From an uncultured Candidatus Actinomarina sp. (lineage in GTDB: Bacteria; Actinomycetota; Acidimicrobiia; Actinomarinales; Actinomarinaceae): a DNA stretch of 64,000 bases. The notes below the pieces were generated by a model. It did no database searches, was not told the DNA's origin, and saw only the letters and a program-made list of their open reading frames with translations. Below are positions 47,936 to 55,718 of this stretch, in pieces; the stretch's first letter is position 1; the number at the start of each line of letters is the position of its first letter. The stretch covers positions 8,620-72,619 of the forward strand of contig CACNFT010000001.1 of the NCBI GenBank assembly GCA_902619825.1, given 5' to 3'. The position numbers and the translations under genes are program-made.

Positions 47936-49125
47936 GGAATATAGGTTATAGATTTAGTATCTTCAATGATTTTATTCAGCCTATCAAGAGTTGACTCTTT
48001 AACCGGATACATTAAAACAAATAAATGGGGAGAATTGAGATCCTCAAGATAGTCAAATTTGACTATATTTTCATCATTAATTATTTCGTCAAACACAACA
48101 ACATTTTCAATTGAACTTTTCAGTTTTTTAAAAACTTCTGTTGTTGGTGAGTTTCTCAAATCATCTGTGTCTTCTTTGAATGCTGCACCAATAAGAACTA
48201 CTCCTTCTAATTTTTTTGATTCATACAATTCTCTAATATTTTCTGAAGTCCAATCTGCATGAATATCGTTTGAATTTATGATGTTTGAAATAAGTGGAAG
48301 ATTTAATTTATCTTTATCATAAAAATTATTAACTTCTACAAGGTCTTTTGGAAAACATGAACCACCCCATGAAGGTGAAGGTCTGAAATAATGCTGTCCA
48401 ATTCTATTGTCTAGGCCAACTCCTTTTAAAACATCATCTAAATTTCCTCCAGAGTAGTTTATTAACCTTGTTGCTTCATTCACAAAAGATAAGCGGAGTG
48501 GAAGATATGTGTTTGCAAGATATTTAATCAATTGAGAGCTAATCGAATCAGTTGTAATAATCTCGCAGTCAAAGCCACTATAAAGCTCCTTTAATTTGGT
48601 AAGTTTTTCACTGTCAGTACCACCAAGAATAATCCTATCTGGCTTAAAGAAATCTTCAACAGCTGTACCCTCTCTTAAAAACTCTGGATTAAACGTTAAT
48701 TTACTTGAATCCATTCCAACTTTCTCACATACCTTTTCTATCTCGTATGGAGGAATTGTCGATTTTACAGTTATTACTAAGTCATTATTATTTACATTAT
48801 TTATTTCTTTAATGGCAGATTCTAAAAACTTTGTATCTACAGAATTTGTCTCAATATTGTTTGGTGTTTGAACGCAGACAAAAACAATATCTATTTTATC
48901 CCATCCAATGCTTGCATAATCTGAAGAGAAAGACATTCTTTTAAATGTTTCATCATCATTGAAATATTCTTCAAGTCTAGGCTCGTAAAAGGTAATTTTT
49001 TTATTAGATAGATCTTTAATTTTATTTTCATCCAAATCAATAAAATTTATGATGTTACCAAGACTAGCCAATCCTACCCCAGTAACTAAGCCTACATACC
49101 CTGTACCTATGATGACAATGTTCAT
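47923..49125 (-). CDS. ugd: UDP-glucose 6-dehydrogenase
   Basis: Start moved to MNIVIIGTGYVGL (ATG at 49125). NPEFLREG and GGSCFPKD catalytic Cys. Confidence 0.85.
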   Translation of the reverse strand: MNIVIIGTGYVGLVTGVGLASLGNIINFIDLDENKIKDLSNKKITFYEPRLEEYFNDDETFKRMSFSSDYASIGWDKIDIVFVCVQTPNNIETNSVDTKFLESAIKEINNVNNNDLVITVKSTIPPYEIEKVCEKVGMDSSKLTFNPEFLREGTAVEDFFKPDRIILGGTDSEKLTKLKELYSGFDCEIITTDSISSQLIKYLANTYLPLRLSFVNEATRLINYSGGNLDDVLKGVGLDNRIGQHYFRPSPSWGGSCFPKDLVEVNNFYDKDKLNLPLISNIINSNDIHADWTSENIRELYESKKLEGVVLIGAAFKEDTDDLRNSPTTEVFKKLKSSIENVVVFDEIINDENIVKFDYLEDLNSPHLFVLMYPVKESTLDRLNKIIEDTKSITYIPWSL

Positions 49126-49157
49126 ATTATGCAATGTTATCATTTTTAACACTTAAA

Positions 49158-50315
49158 ATGTTATTAATGATTGTTTATTTAGCACATTGGGATTGGATAT
49201 TAACTCAATCAAGAAAAGACATTGTTTCAAATATTAATGGCTCAAAATTTATGGCAATTTGCCCAATTGATGAAAATAAAATTAAACTTGAAAATTATTA
49301 TCATAAAGCAGTTGATTGGAACCTAAATAGAAATAAAATTTTTGACATTTCGGGAATTAGAAGTCTTAGAAAAATCACAAACTCTCTTAATTATGATGAT
49401 ATTGTACACGTTTATACATTAAAATCTGGGTTGCTTTTTGCTTTTGCAAACCTTTTTAGAAATAATAAAACTAAAAATATTTTGACTATAACTGGTTTAG
49501 GATACCTATTTAGCAACAATTTTAAAGCGAAGATTTTAAAAATATTGTTAAGTTTTTTTATTACACATCTGATAAATAAAAATTTTGATTTTTTGATGTA
49601 CCAGAACAATTTAGATCAAAAAACATTCAATAATTATTCAAAATATAAAGGTGAATCTTACATAATTCCAACTTCTGGAATATCCGTTCAGGAATTTAAG
49701 ATAAAAAAAGAATATCGAAATTCAAATTTAAAAATAATCATGGCTACAAGGCTGATTAATGACAAAGGTATATTTGAATATCTTGAGCTGGCTGATTTAA
49801 TGAAAGATTCTGATTTTGAATTCTATCTGGCTGGAGATATAGACAACGGAAATCCTGACTCATTAAGTGAATCTCAGCTAGATGAAATTAAAAATAATAA
49901 ATCTATAAATTATTTAGGACATATTGATATAAGTAAAGAGCTACACGATTATGATGTAAATCTTGTTATGTCAAAGTATGAGGGATCTTCAAGAATACTT
50001 TTAGAGTCGTTGTATATAGGATTGATATGTATATCAAATAATATTCCAGGGACAACTGAGCTCAGCTCAAAATTTAGTAATTCTTTCTTTGTAAATGACA
50101 ACAACATACAAGAATTTAAAAGAAATCTTAATGAAATAATTAATAATGATGTTTTTTTAGATAGTACACAAAATGAATTTTTTGGAAATGGTGCTGATTA
50201 CAACAGAAAATTAATTAATGAAAACTATACATCTGTCAAAATTGCGGCTGCATATAATAAAATTTACGAATATTTAAGAGGCGAGATCGAGAGCTACAAA
50301 AGTGAATTTGTCTAA
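49158..50315 (+). CDS. glycosyltransferase family 4
   Basis: Start tentatively at 49158 (MLLMIVYLAHWDW), which avoids a divergent overlap with ugd. E-x7-E (YEGSSRILLESLYIGL). Confidence 0.6.
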   Translation: MLLMIVYLAHWDWILTQSRKDIVSNINGSKFMAICPIDENKIKLENYYHKAVDWNLNRNKIFDISGIRSLRKITNSLNYDDIVHVYTLKSGLLFAFANLFRNNKTKNILTITGLGYLFSNNFKAKILKILLSFFITHLINKNFDFLMYQNNLDQKTFNNYSKYKGESYIIPTSGISVQEFKIKKEYRNSNLKIIMATRLINDKGIFEYLELADLMKDSDFEFYLAGDIDNGNPDSLSESQLDEIKNNKSINYLGHIDISKELHDYDVNLVMSKYEGSSRILLESLYIGLICISNNIPGTTELSSKFSNSFFVNDNNIQEFKRNLNEIINNDVFLDSTQNEFFGNGADYNRKLINENYTSVKIAAAYNKIYEYLRGEIESYKSEFV

Positions 50316-51342
50316 CTTTCAAGTCTCCATAACAAGTGCAGCAGTGGCAACACTTTTATTATCCATACTCTTTAATTGGATAACTCTTCAAAGATCAAAA
50401 AAATTCGTACCAAACAAAAGAAAGAATGAAGAAAGACTTTCTTCCAAATACGTTCCACCATTTGGAGGTATTGCATGTTCAATTGCATTTTTGATATCTA
50501 CAAGACTTCTAGGGCAAACTGAAAGTAATTTCTTATATATTGGTTTTTTTGCAGTAGCAATTTCAATTGTTGGCTTGCTTGACGATTTGTATAATTTTAA
50601 ATGGTATATCAAGTTTATTTTTCAAATAATCATTGTCTACATACCTCTATATAACCTGAATATTTTTATAAATTTTGAATCGCTGATTGGAATAGAATTT
50701 AATAATTCTTTAAATTATATAGTTTCAACAATTTGGATTATGTTGATAATGAATGCTATAAACTTTATAGACAATATGGATGGACTTGCAGTAGTTGTAT
50801 CCTCAGCTATTTGCATACAGATTGCAGTCTTAACAAATTATTTAAACCAATATAAGTTAACAGACATTTCAATTCTTTTACTTTGTGCAATAGGAGGCTT
50901 TTTATTTTTCAATTTCCCACCAGCCAAATTATATTTTGGAGATTCTGGTAGTTTATTTATTGGATTTTGCCTAGGATTTATGAGTATTTTATATAACTGG
51001 CTTCCAGAAAATATTACCGTTTATTCATCTACACTTAGCCCAATATTGTTGATTTTTTCTGTTCCTCTTATCGATTTTCTTGTTGTAGTAACTTATAGAA
51101 TTAGTATTGGAAAATCCCCTACTATTGGTGGAACAGACCACATATCACATAGATTACTTGCAAAAGGATTTTCTGAAGAAATGGTTCTTACAATATTCTT
51201 AAGTTATAGCCTTGGAACTTTTGGATTAATTTATCTCTCAATCTTTACAACAACACAAATTTCGTATGTGCTTATTGGAGCTTTGTTTATTCTTTATTTT
51301 TTGGCATATTTTATATCAATAAAATTGAAGATATTAACCTAA
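50302..51342 (+). CDS. wecA: polytopic phosphoglycosyl transferase, WecA/MraY (GT4 polyprenyl-phosphate HexNAc-1-P transferase) family
   Basis: GTG start, 346 aa. LLDDL, NAINFIDNMDGLA, FGDSGS motifs. Confidence 0.82.
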   Translation: MNLSNFQVSITSAAVATLLLSILFNWITLQRSKKFVPNKRKNEERLSSKYVPPFGGIACSIAFLISTRLLGQTESNFLYIGFFAVAISIVGLLDDLYNFKWYIKFIFQIIIVYIPLYNLNIFINFESLIGIEFNNSLNYIVSTIWIMLIMNAINFIDNMDGLAVVVSSAICIQIAVLTNYLNQYKLTDISILLLCAIGGFLFFNFPPAKLYFGDSGSLFIGFCLGFMSILYNWLPENITVYSSTLSPILLIFSVPLIDFLVVVTYRISIGKSPTIGGTDHISHRLLAKGFSEEMVLTIFLSYSLGTFGLIYLSIFTTTQISYVLIGALFILYFLAYFISIKLKILT

Positions 51343-52038
51343 TTTTTGCTCCAGTTCAATTATTCTCTCAGGAGTCCCTGCATCAATCCACCAACCATCA
51401 ATTGAAAAATTTTTACAGTTTTTTTCATTGACATATAAATTGCATAAATCAGTTATTTCATATTCGCCTCTTTTTGATGGTTGTAGTATCGAAATCTTTT
51501 CAAAGACAGACTCATCAAACATATAAGCACCAACTACTGCATCATTTGATTTTGGCATGTCTGGTTTTTCTTCAATAGATATTACATTTCCATCATGATC
51601 CATTTCAGCTACTCCGAACTCTTGAGGATTTTCAACTATTTTTGTAAAGATAAAAGCACCTGATTGGAATTCATTTAAATCAAATCCCTTAAAAGGATTA
51701 TTCTCAAAAAAATTATCACCTAACACAAATAATAATTTCTCATTTTTTACCAAATTTTCTGCCTGTTGAAGAGCATGAGATATACCCTTTGGTTCATCTT
51801 GAATTGAAAATCCAATATCAAAATTTGAAAAAGATCCCAATACAACATCTTGAATAATAGAAGAGAATTCAGGATTTGTAATAATTACAAAATTTTCAAA
51901 CCCCCAATTATTTAATTGTTTTATTTGGTGGTTTATCATAGGAGTGCCATTTACTTCTAATAAAATTTTGGTAGATCTATTGTCTCTAAAATTTTGAAGC
52001 CTAGTTCCTAAACCCCCGGCTGCAATTACGCATTTCAT
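51334..52038 (-). CDS. sugar-1-phosphate nucleotidyltransferase (RmlA/GalU-like)
   Basis: Start moved to the ATG at 52038 (MKCVIAAGGLGTRL). The 33-codon N-terminal extension in the track has no family support. Confidence 0.75.
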   Translation of the reverse strand: MKCVIAAGGLGTRLQNFRDNRSTKILLEVNGTPMINHQIKQLNNWGFENFVIITNPEFSSIIQDVVLGSFSNFDIGFSIQDEPKGISHALQQAENLVKNEKLLFVLGDNFFENNPFKGFDLNEFQSGAFIFTKIVENPQEFGVAEMDHDGNVISIEEKPDMPKSNDAVVGAYMFDESVFEKISILQPSKRGEYEITDLCNLYVNEKNCKNFSIDGWWIDAGTPERIIELEQKLG

Positions 52039-52088
52039 ATTTTTCACAATTAAAGAATACACAGTTATATTATGTAATTTGGTATCAA

Positions 52089-53219
52089 ATGAATATTTTA
52101 AACAAATATACTTATCTTTTTCTTGGATTACTAGCAATTGCAGGGATCGTTATTTTGGTTTTTTTACCAAATTTAGAAACGGAGGAGTTTAGTCAAGATG
52201 TAATTGATGACATTATTGAAGGTGTTACAACAACATCAACTTTAGAAGCTGACACTAATGAAGCATCTATAAATGAATCATCGGCAAACTTCGAAGATGA
52301 ACTTATTATTTCAATTCAAGATAAGTCTCAAATTGAAGAAAAGTTATTGTACAACAATTTTGAAAAAGAAATTGATAGTTTTGATACGTATTTACTTATT
52401 GGATCAGATGAAAGGTCAGAAAAAATTGCTAAAACAAGAGGTGAAATTGAAGGTAAAAGAGCTGATGTAATAATTCTTGGGCTCGTTGAAAAAGGTACTT
52501 ATGAAATCACACTTTTATCATTTCCTAGAGATTTATTAATTGAAAACAATTGTACAAATAATTTAGAAAGAATAAATGCAGCATATACAAAAAATGAGTG
52601 TGGAGGAAGAGCAGAAAATTTAGCTGCTGCAATTTATAGTATATCTGGGATAAGAGTTGATCATTTTGCTAGTTTTGATTTTGAGGGTTTTGAGGAAATT
52701 ATTGACTCTGTGGATGGTATAGAGGTCTGTGTTGATGAGACGCAAAGAGAAGGATTTAGCTTTGAATTACAAAAAGGTTGTCAAACAGTTAATGGATTGA
52801 CAACTTTAAATTGGGTTGTGTCAAGATCAACAGAAGTTTTAGTGGGTGAGAAAATTGTTGATAAAGACGGAAATGATATTTCAAACTGGAGACCTATGCC
52901 AGGCGTTAGTGATTTATCAAGAATTGAAAGACAACAATACGTAGTCATGCAACTCATTAATGAATTAAGAAATTTTGAATCAATAAATGAGCTCTACGGG
53001 TTTATAAATGCTTTGGAGAATACTTTCGTAATTGATGAAAATTTAACAATAAATAGAGCTGTTGATATCTTGTGGAGATTTAGGAATATCGATCTAAGTA
53101 ATGTAAAAAAATTAACTACACCAGTAAATTATTTAACTTTGAGTGATGGAAGACAAGTTCTAGTTTTGAGCCAAACTATTGAAGACTTTTTGAATAAAAA
53201 CTCAATTATTGATTCTTAA
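52089..53219 (+). CDS. LytR-CpsA-Psr (LCP) family glycopolymer-peptidoglycan ligase
   Basis: 376 aa. N-terminal TM. RADVIILG, LLSFPRDL, RINAAY, DHFASFDFEGFEEIIDSVDGIEV. Confidence 0.85.
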   Translation: MNILNKYTYLFLGLLAIAGIVILVFLPNLETEEFSQDVIDDIIEGVTTTSTLEADTNEASINESSANFEDELIISIQDKSQIEEKLLYNNFEKEIDSFDTYLLIGSDERSEKIAKTRGEIEGKRADVIILGLVEKGTYEITLLSFPRDLLIENNCTNNLERINAAYTKNECGGRAENLAAAIYSISGIRVDHFASFDFEGFEEIIDSVDGIEVCVDETQREGFSFELQKGCQTVNGLTTLNWVVSRSTEVLVGEKIVDKDGNDISNWRPMPGVSDLSRIERQQYVVMQLINELRNFESINELYGFINALENTFVIDENLTINRAVDILWRFRNIDLSNVKKLTTPVNYLTLSDGRQVLVLSQTIEDFLNKNSIIDS

Positions 53220-55199
53220 AGATTTTTCAAAGAAATAGATTGGTATAAGCCAAAAATATATTGCAACATCTGGAGCATAAATTAAATCATTTGTTAAATT
53301 TTGTGTAATCATCATTAACAATATTGCTAGTTCGATAGCGTTAGAGCTTTCAAAATTTTTAAATATCGAATAAAAAACACATAATACAATTAATAAAACA
53401 ATGACTAAACCATATTCAACTGCCATGGTTAAGAAACCATTATGTGATGTAGTAATTTCGTCGAATTGTGAAAGTGAGAATTGTGAGATTATTGTATCAA
53501 ATTTCCCATTATCCGCTATCAATTGACCTGATCTCAAACTCTGACCACCTAAAAAGTTTGAATAACCACTTTGTATATCATCAACCCAAAAAAAGTACAT
53601 TTTTCCATCTACAATTGACCATTTCCATGATTGATTGTTTTCTTTTTCATTAATTTTCAAAATCGAACTTTGACTAAATAAAGTTTCATTTCCTTTAGGA
53701 ATATTGTCCAAATCTAAATTTAAGATTATTTCAAAATCTTTTCCAGATAAGGTAGTTTCATTGGGAATAGCAATCCAGTAACTTCGTGGTCTTTTTAACT
53801 TCAAACCATTGTCCTTGTAAATAATTTTTCCATCATTTCTGTTATCGTAAAAATCTCTTGATGCTGGTAAAAATATAAAATAATTTTTGTCCCTGTTTGT
53901 TTCTTTAAAGCTGTAACTATAACTATTATCTTCAACCTCAATTGTTAGATCATTTATATACCCATCTAGATACGATCCTCCAGGTGATTGACCGTCAGCC
54001 CAGCCACCAACTTCAAAAAACGAATTATTATCAATTAAATCAATGACTACACCACTTGTATGATTGGAACCAATTTGTTTCCAGTCATTACCATTATTTG
54101 AAAAGAAGAATGAAACAATTGATCTAGGAAGTATATTATCTCTGTAATCAAATTTCATTTTTAGATATCCCCCAGCTGGTTCCTCACTACTGTTATCAAT
54201 TAATTTATTTACATCATCTTTTTGATTTGCTGAATATTTAATATTAAATTTATCAATTAATATTTCATCATCTAAAGTTATAAGATAATCTTTATAAACT
54301 TCTTTTATATAATTACCACCCCCAGTACCGTTTAAAATTTTAACATTAATTAACCCGATAGAATTTAAATATCCCCTATTTGACTGTTTAAGAAATATGG
54401 ATGGAAATAAAAAAATTACAGCTAATCCAATCCCTAATGTACCAATTGTTAAATATAATTTTACTTTTTTTTCAATTGAGTTAGTAAATGTTAGAACAAC
54501 AAACATTCCAACTACAAAAGCTAAATATGAACCCCTCGAAAATGTTAAGTAAAGGTTTAATAATGAAATTATTAAAAGAAGAGTATTTGATTTATTTTCA
54601 AATAAATAATTTTTAAAGTTATTACTTAGTGATATTTTGTATATGCAAATTAATGAAGCTATTGCACAAATAATACCTATTACATTTGGCCCTCCACCTT
54701 GAAATCCTCCAAGTCTTCCAGATGTAAAAGGATTGGTACTATCAGTATTATTATTAATCCAACCATCAATGGTTCCTGGGAGTTCAATCTGGAAAATAAC
54801 TAGCACAAAATTGCCAATCATCACTAACGATAGAGGCTCAAAAATTTCAATAATATTGTCATTATTTTTTCTTACAAATTCAACACAAAGATAAGCAAGC
54901 GCGAAATAAAAGTAAAATCTTAAATTTGTTTGGTTTAACAAATTTATTTCGTCCATAAAAAAAGTTGTATATAAAATGAAAATTATTAAAAATGATAGAA
55001 ATGCTTTATCAAACCTATCTAAATTAAGATTCCTTAATTTGTTTGTCAATAAAAGAAGAAAAATTGCAATTAAGGGTATGTCTTCAAAATTAATCCCTAA
55101 GAAATTTAAACCAAAATTTGAGGGTATTAATAAGGTTATTGCAAAAATTGATCCAATAAGACGAGAATTTATCCGACTCATAATTGTATTTTTACTCAC
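53202..55199 (-). CDS. O-antigen ligase/polymerase family (Wzy_C-type) membrane protein with a ~300 aa extracytoplasmic beta-rich (LamG/ConA-like) insertion
   Basis: 665 aa. Motifs GGFQGGGPN, TFSRGSYL, TSHNGFL are shared with ORF 41577-42629. The loop between them is about 315 aa here against about 60 aa in the paralog. Confidence 0.65.
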   Translation of the reverse strand: MSKNTIMSRINSRLIGSIFAITLLIPSNFGLNFLGINFEDIPLIAIFLLLLTNKLRNLNLDRFDKAFLSFLIIFILYTTFFMDEINLLNQTNLRFYFYFALAYLCVEFVRKNNDNIIEIFEPLSLVMIGNFVLVIFQIELPGTIDGWINNNTDSTNPFTSGRLGGFQGGGPNVIGIICAIASLICIYKISLSNNFKNYLFENKSNTLLLIISLLNLYLTFSRGSYLAFVVGMFVVLTFTNSIEKKVKLYLTIGTLGIGLAVIFLFPSIFLKQSNRGYLNSIGLINVKILNGTGGGNYIKEVYKDYLITLDDEILIDKFNIKYSANQKDDVNKLIDNSSEEPAGGYLKMKFDYRDNILPRSIVSFFFSNNGNDWKQIGSNHTSGVVIDLIDNNSFFEVGGWADGQSPGGSYLDGYINDLTIEVEDNSYSYSFKETNRDKNYFIFLPASRDFYDNRNDGKIIYKDNGLKLKRPRSYWIAIPNETTLSGKDFEIILNLDLDNIPKGNETLFSQSSILKINEKENNQSWKWSIVDGKMYFFWVDDIQSGYSNFLGGQSLRSGQLIADNGKFDTIISQFSLSQFDEITTSHNGFLTMAVEYGLVIVLLIVLCVFYSIFKNFESSNAIELAILLMMITQNLTNDLIYAPDVAIYFWLIPIYFFEKSLRINN

Positions 55200-55201
55200 T
55201 G

Positions 55202-55275
55202 TGGGCCCGGCAGGACTCGAACCTGCGACCGACGGATTATGAGTCCGTTGCTCTAACCAACTGAGCTACAGGCCC
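55202..55275 (-). tRNA. tRNA with CAT anticodon, elongator type (Met, or Ile2 if lysidinylated). No encoded CCA.
   Basis: Cloverleaf folded by hand: GGGCCTG/TA/GCTC-AGTTGGTTA-GAGC/A/ACGGA-CTCATAA-TCCGT/CGGTC/GCAGG-TTCGAGT-CCTGC/CGGGCCC-A. G1-C72, so not an initiator. C4-G69 and C5-G68 as in E. coli tRNA-Ile2. Confidence 0.88.
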
Positions 55276-55283
55276 TAATTTAA

Positions 55284-55574
55284 TTACTTGCCTAAAAATG
55301 ATTGAGTTTTAAGAGCAATTCCCATATCACCAGAAACTTTAAGCTTCCCGGTCATAAATGCAGCTTGCCCACTGGTTTCACCATTCATTATTGATTGCAT
55401 TGTTTCTGAATCAATTGTCATTGTACAATCTGCCTCTTCGTCACTTCCAGAGATTTCTCCATCTGGTTTAACAAAGACAACTTGATCATCAACAACAAGT
55501 TTTACAGTTCCTCCAAGAACGCTGAGGTCTTTGCCTTCAGCATTTGTTTGGATTAGTTCTACTAAATTATCCAT
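55284..55574 (-). CDS. SCP2 (sterol carrier protein 2-like) lipid-binding domain protein
   Basis: 96 aa. C-terminal AFMTGKLKVSGDMGIALK motif typical of SCP2. GGAGGA RBS at 55577-55582. Confidence 0.7.
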   Translation of the reverse strand: MDNLVELIQTNAEGKDLSVLGGTVKLVVDDQVVFVKPDGEISGSDEEADCTMTIDSETMQSIMNGETSGQAAFMTGKLKVSGDMGIALKTQSFLGK

Positions 55575-55593
55575 TATCCTCCATTCACATGTA

Positions 55594-55599
55594 ATTATA
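55594..55599 (-). promoter_or_regulatory. candidate -10 box (TATAAT on the minus strand) for the SCP2 gene
   Basis: Minus strand reads ...aaaaagTATAATtacatgtgaatGGAGGAtaATG, located between tRNA-Asn and the SCP2 gene. Confidence 0.3.
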
Positions 55600-55622
55600 C
55601 TTTTTTTTTCTAATTAAAAAAG

Positions 55623-55695
55623 CTCCGAGGGTGGGACTTGAACCCACAACCAACGGATTAACAGTCCGCTGCTCTGCCAATTGAGCTACCTCGGA
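55623..55695 (-). tRNA. tRNA-Asn (GTT), no encoded CCA
   Basis: Hand fold: TCCGAGG/TA/GCTC-AATTGGCA-GAGC/A/GCGGA-CTGTTAA-TCCGT/TGGTT/GTGGG-TTCAAGT-CCCAC/CCTCGGA-G. Confidence 0.9.
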
Positions 55696-55718
55696 TAGCA
55701 AATTAATAATAGTATGCA

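Noticed and set aside
52039-52137. 33-codon N-terminal extension of the nucleotidyltransferase ORF
   Set aside because: The family begins with M-K-x-V-I-x-A-G-G-x-G-T-R-L, and the ATG at 52038 gives exactly this. The extension would also overlap the divergent LCP gene start.
54976-55242. 88-aa plus-strand ORF ending in ...GPAGLEPATDGL
   Set aside because: Its 3' part is the antisense strand of the tRNA(CAT) gene and its 5' part is antisense to the ligase-like gene. It is an artefact.
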